Shown here: piece after piece, positions 51,001 to 57,799 of the stretch | Numbering within the stretch: the first letter of the stretch is position 1 | Layout: every line of letters begins with the position of its first letter | Assembly (NCBI GenBank): GCA_039806025.1 | Contig: JBDKLJ010000001.1 | Span: forward strand, 11,378-75,377 | Direction: 5' to 3' | Source: Actinomycetota bacterium | GTDB lineage: Bacteria > Actinomycetota > Actinomycetes > Actinomycetales > Microbacteriaceae | Length of the DNA: 64,000 bases | Program-made: the position numbers and the translations under genes | The notes under the pieces: generated by a model | The model's input: only the letters and a program-made list of their open reading frames with translations | Told to the model about the DNA's origin: nothing | Databases searched by the model: none

Positions 51001-52520
51001 GTGATGCCATCTCTGGCGCAACTGACGATAACTATCAGCTGCTTCCGGCGCACAAGGGCAAGTTCGTCACGGTCGCTGTAACTCTTACTAACTCGGTTGG
51101 TTCGGTTACCAACTATGCAGCGACCACCAACGTGGCCATCTCTAAGACCCCAACGGCAACCGCTCCGGTCACCATTAGCGGTGACGACGTGGTTGGCGCC
51201 ACCAAGCGAATCACTGCAACCACCGGCACCTGGGATGCTTACCCTGTGGGTACTAGAACCTACCGCTGGTACGTCTGCGACACCGCACATGATGCAACCG
51301 GAGCGATCGCCGGGGACGACTGCTCCGCAACTCCGATCACCACAAATCCAATCACGCTAATTTCCGAGTACGCCGGGAAGTACTTGCAGGTGGCCGAGAC
51401 AGCAACCGCAACCGTTGCTAAGCCAGGAGCCGGAACCGGCGTCAGCTTCAGCGCGACCCTCGGTCCGATTCGCATGGCACCTGTCTTTACCTCGGTGCCT
51501 ACAATTTCTGGCGTTTTGCACAACGGGCACACCCTGACTGCCGGAATGCCAACGGTAACCGCTTACCCTTCGGCTAACGGCAGCGCCCAGTACACCTGGC
51601 TTTCATGTACCAGTCAAATTTCAACCAGTTCCAATGCCATCCCTGCGGGCTGTTCCGAAATACCGAACAGCGCCGGTTCGGCTCTAGTTCTCAGCAGCGC
51701 TCAGGTTGGAAAGTCGATCATGCTTCTTACGACCTACAGCAACTCCGCTGGAAGTGCCTCTAAAACCTCTGCAGGTTCGGCCCTGGTTAGTGACGCTCCA
51801 TTCGTCTCTGCGGATCCAGAAATTGGTGGCAGTCGAATCTATTCGGCAACAGCAATTGCAACGGTAGGTAAGGGAACCTGGTCTGGTTCGCCGGCGCCTT
51901 CAGCCTCGGTCGTCTACCAATACTCATACAACTGGTATCTCTGCACGGCAGATGTGGCAGCTTCCAACACTCTGGATACTTCCTGCTTGCCCAACCCGCT
52001 CGGTTCGGCCAGTTCGCTTCAACTGACCCGCAACATGGATGGCAAGTACCTGATTGCCAAAGTTTCGGTAAATGCGCCAACCAACCAATTGGGTGGTACC
52101 ACCACGGTTCGCTACACCAGAAGTTTTGGACCGATTGCCGTAGCGGCAACAGCGTCGACCGATCCGGTGATTAGCAGTTACACGCCTGCCGAGGGTTCTA
52201 CGCTCACCGCGGACTTGTCAGCGATGGATTGGAACACGAACACACTCCCGCTAGACACCAACCTATATAAGTGGTACTCCTGCCCAGCTGTGGTGCCTGC
52301 AGGCTTGTCGACGACCGTCGGTTCAAATACCGTGCCTGGCACCTGTTCGGTGATTTCCGGTTTCGATGGAGGGCCGCTTCAGGTAAATTCCAAACTGGTT
52401 GGTTTACGAATCATGTTGGTGGCATTTGCAACGAACACTGGTGGAACCGCCGTGCGAACCTCAAAGCTCACGGCCATCGTTACCAAGGCAACAACCGTCG
52501 CAGGTTTTAGGCTTTTCTGA
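39006..52520 (+). CDS. Giant secreted S8 (proteinase K-like) subtilase with about 36 Ig-like repeats
   Basis: Signal peptide, I9-like propeptide, catalytic LDTG / HGTHVAG / GTSMATPHVAG and AAGND, then roughly 114-aa repeats of the form P..G....G.W....Y.WY.C-x~14-C..I.GAT..Y......GKY. Confidence 0.9.
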   Translation: MRAVNSRLVAFVALLALLFGFVPPASAAVAVPSSIGPTNPYIVAINDVAVDDLSAALADLGVSPTHTYDDVFAGFAIDLTSEQKTYLQTLFPGMRIEADVPISVRDTQNDAAWDISDLDAPGKTQDSNYKYPSSAGQGVRVYVLDTGVSPNSRELGSRLLPGYDAVSGTSTSDQDGHGTHVAGTVASNTWGVAKLANIVPVRVLGANGSGSTSDVIAGIDWVISHNPSGIPAVINMSLGTDSVSTFVNAAVQRAVTAGIFVAVAAGNDGQTDTDACTTSPASAPSAFTVGSVGRTHVLSYFSNVGSCVDILAQGEEVASLNRSDTSAGAFTVLQGTSMATPHVAGAAALYLSLHPNASVSTTKTALLNGAETNGTVRLGTTNKVLDISFMNAMPVVTSAPSVGSNTAAVIGQVVTANDGVWSSAGTYNVAKRWLACAFSYSTGPASLPNDCLAVPSATGSSITVARAQVGQYLMIEETATGENGTVRSYSETTQKVVEPAAASSIRNTDAPTLGLATGSSYGTDDAPKIAGVASTTLKISNGIWSSDNGLPTYSYQWYRCSNQVASSATGLPSGCVSISGQEAQTYTVTTADRGKYLLASVNAQNADGQSIIYTKSTLAVTSAPTVLTPTDFGNNLESIVGNRFELLAATFDSEPAATISLQWYSCVSSTLTSGSALPAGCSIIAGATSSSFLVTAAQKGKFILAATTAKNAATSGAGITSYSRTLSAAVAAAPTIKFTVTGASGSVKFVSSTAAAQNSKLTVDLTGWVTANAYTYSWYRCDSAVAATAAEPSGCEVIAGATAATYTVTSADVSKYVTSFVTAKNGTTVVATATSAMSSQVLQTPSNSVSPSIQGAAVVGQTVTAGDGTWASTPTAAYTYQWYSCSVAVLAAAVKNAKCVAIAGARSSNYEIPAAQNNKFLVVQVLASNSTNTGTPVSAYSASTLKVLTAPRNTVAPTLSYSATATTGQPIVGSTISVRSGTWTGNPLPTKTYVWYSCDAAVAAGTTAVPSGCSEIPGETGTSLVTGASLQTKYITVLETGSNSVSSPGLFAAVSLTLQPRPSFASDPVIQGQVKSGQTLTVATGASSVGGAPTASYLWYRCTNSASAGDSLPSECTPQLTSTGAQLNLTPSHEGGRYLVRVTITNVAGSAVRFSATTQEVLGDVANLTFASPRSETTQPKVGSALTVGANTWSGFPRSNPTYQWYRCNDAVVSKSSERPAGCTSIGGATGNTYLPTVEDESKYLSVKALNTQVGGFSAAAWSPTSAQIYRSVSFGDLDSSPAEPRPTLGNQRIYLGNNLTLDVGTTHGYPAPQKSYQWYRCDDQVNTSGSTLPAGCSAVAGETGTTYEYKLRDVGAFILASVTLTNFLGSEKLFTASTSVIGSAPVNNDLVAPRLPGTGAVLKIGAVVEASQGSWTALPDASYSYAWYRCQNASTSRQISLPNNCIDLGVSANTYELKKADSGKYIMYSVTAVNDNGEATAYSPTTIDVGEPTSFTADPLLQNRFRKDETIGSSLATAGWPSPQPTYRWFRCEAPVSAASASAPLGCVVIPRAISDTYTLTYADVSKYVVKEITITNRIDSSVRYTASSRQILLTPEISGNLTVTGQLWFDTAENPKVLTASQVNIKAFPETVPVYQWYRGGTAIRNANSITYTLTAADVGYQMSYTVSATNSSGVAEPVGASTSDEIGQTPKLSTVLGAQKPRVCGTETDGEISAGSSVWICNGDWVATPEVSEFTYQWYMCTAESPQGNTVPSTCTLIKGATDTEISATFLDEGKFLGFTITAKNGTEDRKLFAATSKKIYVKPEYRSGAKTVFGAGQAAKDGSPRVGYQIEASVGTWRGVATNTYSYQWFACADGATPIAETLNPRCEEIIGAESRVLTVTDAMVGKYLGVRITGSYKYVALTDVPTSSNRDIIYTASTVNPVLAPPANVRPPFIASRYTYVYATLKANDGEWTGSLPLTVTHTWWECDAPIFEATKFQPAGCTEIKNSTGNWKVTPAQVGKYLTSAAKASNLGGDVRIWSATQEVVKTGPVNVTAPVISLPTGSTNPSTSTEIRVSKGTWLGDPPPGDPSEYNWYRCDDAVRDASEFLDTGCQLIESARGNTYTPVSADVRKYLVASVKASNTQGDWVAYTASTTQVYLPPSNITLPSIPAVAFVGRNMTGAHGTWDGYPEPTLAYQWYVCDDRQATASATLPAGCELIAKATSDVYKPVVSQIDKYLILKVTAKNPAGETSKFTASSDSVVSGPVLVTPPTFTGSVEGHPVVGSSTTTDGGIWQGTPSPDKSYQWLVCDKDVTADDVDGQKDQPAVGVENPPSPTAFLTEKGCVEIEGATANAITPNETFRGKFLMIHVTARNIHGVDDWYSAASKVVWMAPVVATPVQVTGKTFNLLSAHARLDTWKAFPEPTKTYTWYYCSTVTAAAGITMPDGCTSAIAGANTSDYKIPETTTASQKYLVVKVVAHNAAGADGVSYSATSNEVVPGPANTVSPTVTGNANYAVAAPGTVLTAGGTWVNIEGNLDYQWYRCTKELNATDELNETCQPISGAEGPSYVVSADDVLTPAEYAAFNADQKLAVKGKVLVVGVTGSNARYGQSTVFSKSTTFVTEKVNSVTAPTISGLPRIDTTISGLDGTWRGFPLPTDSRKWFYCKTAKATKSLVKPADCSPIGNSNKPTLAVSEDFIGKYLVYSITKTNKVGAVTTNVTVYSASTAQVALTPVLLSKPDLDPVGDFARADAPKVGTSWKLTSAWKKPTPALTYQWYRCDDRVDTNAALITEKPAGCVAVEGANSIAYEVRVADQGKYLLAQVIGTNVSDSVTSFTNSSERPVAQPPIATTLPAISGTRNIGDTLSVTEGVWSPVATEARKFQWYSCSRPVPETVNEVPSFCDLQTGDTGSSYTISSLDAGSYMTVKVSGTYQFSTTSYLLAVTEATQLAPRIVYGGAKPILDYETFLVGDLFTIRGGEWEGTPTPVVTYKWYRCVNPSDSTQSLPEGCQEIPNATNPTYQAVNADNGKYLVGVEIATNSGGVATWYTESSDMQVKAGYVQGSTAVSISVSGSAITTTDSITINYTPGTWQVGDVNVDAVLVHRWIYCKEPIQSVVQKLPAGCDWMFPYKNAATFLVADEDLAPLVLSIDSPYAGYYIASMEYVMSNKPIPQNTVPIKERETFRVSASSPLILMSPTLWTNPPTTELLSTTNGNGYQAPRLSTNQYAVGDSGQTALSISYISKFLKTTDPWADDVTSTQRITWRGVGDPSWRPNQQAINPYAFATQWFRCETEVPELVFAKPDSCAEISGATSGTYTPVEADVSKYISARLTATNSVGSTSIWTKSTWHITQRATVKVSPALNSATTRFSGDTVTVTAGDWVGLDTPADAVYKFYLCSATTVSVANCGASPTNAALPKQIPSNGRSAQIPTLGGQNLTRYVLVEISRANYPYLFSDSQVDPSKQRVTTVTLATERIYERPVWKGVASVPLSTGAGTLVLTSQTSGANIDANVGQTLYMDISSSNWSATDATNRYSYAWFECSQPQTNRSTATETPSGCTVISGETSSSYRLTRNDRDKRIMGRIIAENTYASGTAWTVTTPPITEPPYMLTAPSITLAGSGKPAVGDTITGVKGTFAASPSVTEDITSYQWYACNNAVQASSALAAGCVPIPGAMNETYTISRDYMGKYLVYRSGASAQVNPNSYRAVTYHYSASVGDVEMDPEFGPTDPQITGTGVDSQGNPKPAIFHVGYTLKLSSFRITSNPTATSTWDWYVCDTSKTSQSLGTPPSDCQRQDATNQSELVIDSSMAGKYITVFASAVSRTNPTKKNAAFTKQVTMSPVNTAAPTLTGTMNANDINLVTASAGSWSAVPVVSGYSYAWYLCTSNVSNAGQTKPAGCDTSPISGEISKTIKLRREWAGKYLVVEETAIQPNNNTSLPASLVTKHYSASTSVIKTAAIFTANTTLSGYKHVGEYVSASVTKSRGVELETETYQWYVCATEVTTGISVKPANCDAISGATDDNYQLLPAHKGKFVTVAVTLTNSVGSVTNYAATTNVAISKTPTATAPVTISGDDVVGATKRITATTGTWDAYPVGTRTYRWYVCDTAHDATGAIAGDDCSATPITTNPITLISEYAGKYLQVAETATATVAKPGAGTGVSFSATLGPIRMAPVFTSVPTISGVLHNGHTLTAGMPTVTAYPSANGSAQYTWLSCTSQISTSSNAIPAGCSEIPNSAGSALVLSSAQVGKSIMLLTTYSNSAGSASKTSAGSALVSDAPFVSADPEIGGSRIYSATAIATVGKGTWSGSPAPSASVVYQYSYNWYLCTADVAASNTLDTSCLPNPLGSASSLQLTRNMDGKYLIAKVSVNAPTNQLGGTTTVRYTRSFGPIAVAATASTDPVISSYTPAEGSTLTADLSAMDWNTNTLPLDTNLYKWYSCPAVVPAGLSTTVGSNTVPGTCSVISGFDGGPLQVNSKLVGLRIMLVAFATNTGGTAVRTSKLTAIVTKATTVAGFRLF

Positions 52521-54763
52521 TGAGCGACCTAAGAATTTCTTATCAGGATCGAACCGAGGTTTTCTCGACGGAAACTTTGGTGTCGGTGGGTCGCTCGAAC
52601 GATGCGACTTTCACGATCAATGATCCTTCAATTTCGCGAATCCACTTCAAGGTAAGTTTTGACCCCGCTTCTTCTACCTGGGAGCTAACCGATTCGGGCA
52701 GTGCCAACGGCTGCTGGGTCAACGGAGTTCAGGTCACCTCTGTGAAGGTCACCACACAACTAGAGATACATCTTGGAAATGACCCGCTGGCCGCGGTGGT
52801 CTCGGTCGCTCCGGCGGCTGCCAAAATTCGTGAAATATTGCCGCAGTCTTCAAATGTCACCAACGATGTGATTATCGGAAAGGCTGCTGAGGCAGATTTC
52901 ATTCTGACCGACGTGCTGGTCAGTCGACAGCACGCCAGGCTGATGGACGTTGGCGGCTCTTTCGTCATAGAAGACCTGGGTTCAACCAACGGTACTTATG
53001 TAAATGGAAAGCTAATTCGCACCTCGCCGGTGCGAGAGGGCGATGTAATCACCATTGGAAACACCGACCTCACGATTCGTGAAGGTGCCTTGGATTTCCT
53101 TCGTTCGCAGTCGGAAAAAACCGGCGGACTTTACGTGAATGACCTTGAATTCACCATTAAGGGCGGCAAAAAGCTGCTTCGTGGAATCAACGTCCACATC
53201 GCACCCGGAACTCTCACCGCGGTTATCGGCCCATCGGGTGCGGGTAAGTCGACGTTCCTGAAAGCCATCGCGGGAATCAACAAACCGAGCAGCGGGCTCG
53301 TGCAGTTCGACGGCTTCAGCGTTTACGAAAATTACGATTTGCTCTCCTCGCGTATCGGGCTGGTGCCTCAGGACGACGTACTACACACCACGTTGAAACT
53401 AAAGACCGCACTCGATTTTGCAGCCAAATTGCGTTTGCGTGTCGATGGGGGAGCGAGAGAGCGAAAGAAACAGGTTGACCGAGTAATCGAGCGACTCGAA
53501 CTAGATGGTAATCGTCAAACTGTGATTCGCAAACTTTCCGGCGGTCAACGTAAACGTGCCTCGGTGGCTTTGGAGCTTTTGACCGAACCGTCACTTCTTA
53601 TCCTGGACGAACCCACCAGCGGTCTTGACCCGGCCATGGATCGTCAGGTCATGAAGACGCTTCGAGAACTAGCCACCGACGACCGCGGGGTTCTTGTTGT
53701 AACTCACTCGGTTGCCCAGTTAGATATTTGCGATGATGTCCTGGTCTTGGCTCCCGGTGGCATGCCCGCCTATTACGGCAGCCCCAAAGGTATCAACAGT
53801 TATTTCGGCACTACCGACTGGGCCGATATCTTCGCGCTCATCAAAGACGACCCAGAGGCGGCCTATCGCCGTTACCTCGAACACAACCCGAAGCCAATCG
53901 AGGTTCCAGAGGAAAGCAAAGTTGCCGGTGTGGTCACCAAACGTGTTTCCGCTCCATGGGCAAGTCAGTTCTTCACACTTTGCGCAAGACAGTTGAGCCT
54001 GATTATTGCCGACTTTGGCTATCTGATGTTCCTGTTGATTTTGCCAATCATCGTGGGTCTCTTGGTTTTGGTGGTGCCCGGTTCTGCCGGTCTCGGCGCT
54101 TCTGATAATTCAACTCCGGCCGAACCGAGCCAGCTGATATCGATGCTGGTCATCGGCGCAACCTTTATGGGGGCTTCAATTTCGATTCGAGACCTTGTGG
54201 GAGAGCGTCAAATCTTCCTGCGCGAGCGTTCTGTCGGGTTGCCGGTTTCTGCATACCTCAGCTCAAAGTTTTTGATTTTCGGAATGCTCGCGGTTTTCAT
54301 GGCGGCGATGCTGACCTTCGTAACCTTCCAAGCAAAAACCCCGCCTCTGGAATCAAACTTCTTCGGGTCGCCAACGTTCGAGCTTTTTATTGCTCTGGCA
54401 CTCACCGCTCTGGTGTCGATGGTTTCAGGTCTCTTGATTTCGTCGCTGGTTAGATCTGGTGAACAGGTCATGCCGCTTTTTGTAGTTTTCCTCATGGCGC
54501 AACTTGTTCTAAACGGCGGGTTACTGCAGATCGACGGCCGCGGGCTAATCTCAACTTTGGCGCTCTTCGTTATTGCCAGGTGGGGTTTTGCCATGACCGC
54601 AAGCACGGTCAATCTGGGCGCTATTTCGCCGAGCCTCGATGAAGACCCGTTATGGGAACACAGCCTTTATGCCTGGGGCACTGCAGCATCATTCCTACTT
54701 GGAATGCTGGTAATTGTGGTCACCGTTACCAAACTTCGCCTAGACGGGAAGTATGAGCGATGA
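52520..54763 (+). CDS. FHA-FHA-ABC transporter (Rv1747-like: NBD plus ABC-2 TMD)
   Basis: Two FHA domains (GR..SRIH..SANG; GK..SRQH..STNGT), GPSGAGKS, LSGGQRKR, LDEPTSGLDP, six-TM C-terminus. Confidence 0.92.
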   Translation: MSDLRISYQDRTEVFSTETLVSVGRSNDATFTINDPSISRIHFKVSFDPASSTWELTDSGSANGCWVNGVQVTSVKVTTQLEIHLGNDPLAAVVSVAPAAAKIREILPQSSNVTNDVIIGKAAEADFILTDVLVSRQHARLMDVGGSFVIEDLGSTNGTYVNGKLIRTSPVREGDVITIGNTDLTIREGALDFLRSQSEKTGGLYVNDLEFTIKGGKKLLRGINVHIAPGTLTAVIGPSGAGKSTFLKAIAGINKPSSGLVQFDGFSVYENYDLLSSRIGLVPQDDVLHTTLKLKTALDFAAKLRLRVDGGARERKKQVDRVIERLELDGNRQTVIRKLSGGQRKRASVALELLTEPSLLILDEPTSGLDPAMDRQVMKTLRELATDDRGVLVVTHSVAQLDICDDVLVLAPGGMPAYYGSPKGINSYFGTTDWADIFALIKDDPEAAYRRYLEHNPKPIEVPEESKVAGVVTKRVSAPWASQFFTLCARQLSLIIADFGYLMFLLILPIIVGLLVLVVPGSAGLGASDNSTPAEPSQLISMLVIGATFMGASISIRDLVGERQIFLRERSVGLPVSAYLSSKFLIFGMLAVFMAAMLTFVTFQAKTPPLESNFFGSPTFELFIALALTALVSMVSGLLISSLVRSGEQVMPLFVVFLMAQLVLNGGLLQIDGRGLISTLALFVIARWGFAMTASTVNLGAISPSLDEDPLWEHSLYAWGTAASFLLGMLVIVVTVTKLRLDGKYER

Positions 54764-56646
54764 ACAATAACCGCGGCATGTCTGTAAGCCAGGCGAAGGC
54801 GTTGGCAAGAGATCCCAAGACTTCTCCAGGTGTACTATCTCGTCTTGCGAATGGCTACCCAGAAGTTTGGGAAGAACTTTTGGCGAACCCAGCTACATTC
54901 GAAGAACTCCGCGCCTGGATTCTGAATGCTAGGTACGAAAAATCTTTGCCGCCGGTTCAGCCCCAGCCGCAGGTCGTTGCCCAAAGAAATCCTGAAGTTA
55001 AGTACAAAAAGGTCAAGACTCGCGGGCACAGAAAGTACGGCCGCTTCCTAAGAACTGTTGCGTCGCTGATCATTCCAGCATTGGCAATTTACGGGCTGGT
55101 CAATCTGGTTGACTATCTCGACCGAACCAAGCCGATTAGGGCCGTGGTGGTTTCGGAAGATCTATTGGGCACATCGTCATCCGGCGCTTGGAGCTACAAC
55201 CTAGGGGTTAGTGGCCAGCAGGGCTGTGCAACATTCGAAACATCAACCATGGATCAAAACCAGGCAATTGTTCTGGTTCAAAATGATCTCGAGAACAAAG
55301 ACTGCAAAGACGCGACCAATCCGGTTCCGAGCACTCTCGCGCTGGTTGACCTAACCGATGGCAAAGCAATATGGAAGGTCGATCTAGCGGCTGAGCTCGA
55401 TTGGACTGAAAAGTGGTCGAAGCACCTGGTTGAAGTTCCTGGCCTGAACGAAATAATTGTCAAATTCATCGACGTCAACGGCGGCGACGTCGGTGGTGAC
55501 ACCAAGTCTGTCGACGAAAACGACAACAAGAAAATGAAGACTCTCGTGCCGTTCAACAGACTCAATGGCACAATCACCGACCCAGCAATTACCAAGAGTA
55601 AAGCTCAGCCAATAATCCAGTCTCCAGTGCTTGAAGTGTTCGCCATTCCAGGAAATCTGAGAAGCGTCATGGTGATGACCGGCGGTGCGAAAAAAGATTT
55701 CCGTTACTCCAAATACCGTTCCAAACGATTCAGCTCTCCGCGCTGGAGTATCGAATCTGACCTCAAACCGATGGGCGGCATTCCAATGGTTGGCAGGAGG
55801 CTAGTGCTGGGGCGCGAAAAAGGCGATGAGCCGCAGGCAATCAATACCAGCACCGGCAAGCTCGAGCCTTGGTACGGCCAGGCTGCCGTCAAGTTGTATC
55901 GAATTGGAGAACACGCCATTGAAGTTTCCGGAGACGGCGTTTCCGACAAGGCAACTAACCTGGATTCCCAAGGCGGCGTCGATGGCAAGGACATCACAGT
56001 TCAAGGCATTTCCGCTCTCGGGGAAGCCAAGTGGACATTGAGCGCTAAGGGCTACGCGATCAGCCGCGATGACTCGAAAACCACCTCGGTCAATCGCAGT
56101 TGGTACAGCGAGCTTTTCCTGCTCGATGGCAAAAACAATCGTTTCGTTTCGCGGGTGGACGCAGAGAATGGACAGCTGCTCTGGCGAACCAAAATGTCTA
56201 AGGCTCGTTTCGAAATATCCCGAGTTTCCTCAACCAATGCGGTTTCGGTCTACCTTTTCGACAATTTCAAACCGGTTGCGAAAAACCTTTCACTTTTGAA
56301 CCTTAGCGATGGTACTGAGCAGAAGATTGGGAAGATTGCCGGCGCCTCAGTGCGTGTAGATGGTGCAACCACTCCAATCTCTGTTCTCATCGATGAGCCA
56401 AGTCGTAAGCGCCTGATTCAAGACGCCGAAGACGGAAAGACTCCAAGCATCAATAATGCTGAAGATGCTTCGGATAAAATCAGAACCTGTGCCAGCGGCA
56501 TCGACAATGTTGAATTCAAAATCAGTTGGATATTTGACTGCAACGGAAATCAACATGTGATTCGAGTCGGGGGTAGATGGCTGGTGCTCGACCTGACTGC
56601 AGGTAGAGAAAACTTCAGATTATTAGGCGGGGAAAACAATGGCTGA
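54760..56646 (+). CDS. Membrane protein: variant-LRR N-domain, TM, extracellular beta-rich (propeller-like) domain
   Basis: ARDPKTSPGVLSRLA..YPEVWEELLANPATFEELRAW, one TM, PQQ-like segments ALVDLTDGKAIW and RVDAENGQLLW. Confidence 0.65.
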   Translation: MNNNRGMSVSQAKALARDPKTSPGVLSRLANGYPEVWEELLANPATFEELRAWILNARYEKSLPPVQPQPQVVAQRNPEVKYKKVKTRGHRKYGRFLRTVASLIIPALAIYGLVNLVDYLDRTKPIRAVVVSEDLLGTSSSGAWSYNLGVSGQQGCATFETSTMDQNQAIVLVQNDLENKDCKDATNPVPSTLALVDLTDGKAIWKVDLAAELDWTEKWSKHLVEVPGLNEIIVKFIDVNGGDVGGDTKSVDENDNKKMKTLVPFNRLNGTITDPAITKSKAQPIIQSPVLEVFAIPGNLRSVMVMTGGAKKDFRYSKYRSKRFSSPRWSIESDLKPMGGIPMVGRRLVLGREKGDEPQAINTSTGKLEPWYGQAAVKLYRIGEHAIEVSGDGVSDKATNLDSQGGVDGKDITVQGISALGEAKWTLSAKGYAISRDDSKTTSVNRSWYSELFLLDGKNNRFVSRVDAENGQLLWRTKMSKARFEISRVSSTNAVSVYLFDNFKPVAKNLSLLNLSDGTEQKIGKIAGASVRVDGATTPISVLIDEPSRKRLIQDAEDGKTPSINNAEDASDKIRTCASGIDNVEFKISWIFDCNGNQHVIRVGGRWLVLDLTAGRENFRLLGGENNG

Positions 56647-57799
56647 TCGTTTACCAATCGTTCCACCTTCTATCCAAGGAATGGAATATCACTCGCCTCT
56701 GGGTAGGGGCGGATTCGCCGATGTGCTCCTTTACCGTCAAACTTCCCCAGACCGTAAGCTCGCCGTCAAAGTATTCGTAAAGAAGCTAAGAAACGGTACG
56801 GCCGACGAAACCAAGTTCATGTCGGAAGCCAACAAGCTGGCCAAATTCTCAGATCACCCAAACATCGTCACGCTTATCGAGGCTAAGGTGTCGCGCGACG
56901 GCTATCCGTATCTTGCTATGGAGTTATGCCCTAAATCTCTGGGCAGTAACTGGCGTGGAAACCCTCTTCCGCTGGAAACGGTCTTGGATGTTGGAGTTCA
57001 AATTGCCTGCGCTCTAGAGATGGTTCACCAAGCTGGAATCGTTCACCGCGACATCAAGCCTTCAAACATTTTGCTCAGTCAACTTGGCGTGCCGAAACTC
57101 TCTGACTTCGGTATCGCAGATTTGGTTGCAACTCCGGAAAGCGGCGACCAGGTTGCAATGTCGCTACCTTGGAGTGCGCCTGAAGTTGTGTCGATGCGAT
57201 CGCTCGGCAACTCCGCTTCCGACATTTGGTCTTTGGGCGCAACCCTTTATTCGCTGCTCGCTGGTAGAAGCCCGTTTGAGGTCTCCGACCCGAAACTGAA
57301 CACCAACGAACAACTCTCAAAGCGAATCATCAAGGCCATCTACACCAACATTCCTAGAGCCGGCATTCCGTCCATCGTTGATGCGGTTCTAAATAAAGCG
57401 ATGTTCCACGACCCTAAGCTTCGATTTGGCAGCATGGCTGAGTTCGCTATGGCGCTAAACGATGTTCAGCGCGAACTTCAGTTCCCTGTAACCAGGCTCA
57501 CGATTCCAACCGATCTGTCAGCACTGCTTGGCGATGACGATTCGGAGAAGTATCCGTGCGGCCACAAGAAGACCAAGGTTGCTTCGAGCGGTGTCTATGT
57601 CGAGCCTAAAAATAGCTCTCGTCGCCGCGGTGACGCAGGTACCCTTGGCCCAGACGAGTGCCCAATCTGTGCCGAGTCAAAGGCGTTTGTGCCGGAAAAG
57701 CGAAAGTTCAAACCAGGTCCAATGTTTTGGGCTCTACTAGCAACACTGGCAATTAGTTTTGGCATCGGCATTGTGCTGTTGGGGTCGTCGGGGGTTTAG
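56639..57799 (+). CDS. Hanks-type Ser/Thr protein kinase
   Basis: LGRGGFADV, AVK, HRDIKPSN, DFG, WSAPE, DIWSLG; C-terminal TM. Confidence 0.93.
   Translation: MADRLPIVPPSIQGMEYHSPLGRGGFADVLLYRQTSPDRKLAVKVFVKKLRNGTADETKFMSEANKLAKFSDHPNIVTLIEAKVSRDGYPYLAMELCPKSLGSNWRGNPLPLETVLDVGVQIACALEMVHQAGIVHRDIKPSNILLSQLGVPKLSDFGIADLVATPESGDQVAMSLPWSAPEVVSMRSLGNSASDIWSLGATLYSLLAGRSPFEVSDPKLNTNEQLSKRIIKAIYTNIPRAGIPSIVDAVLNKAMFHDPKLRFGSMAEFAMALNDVQRELQFPVTRLTIPTDLSALLGDDDSEKYPCGHKKTKVASSGVYVEPKNSSRRRGDAGTLGPDECPICAESKAFVPEKRKFKPGPMFWALLATLAISFGIGIVLLGSSGV

Noticed and set aside
40200-52520. CRISPR array or DGR-like repeats (recurring TACCAGTGGTA)
   Set aside because: These are codons for YQWY in protein repeats about 340 bp apart; no cas or reverse transcriptase gene is in the window.
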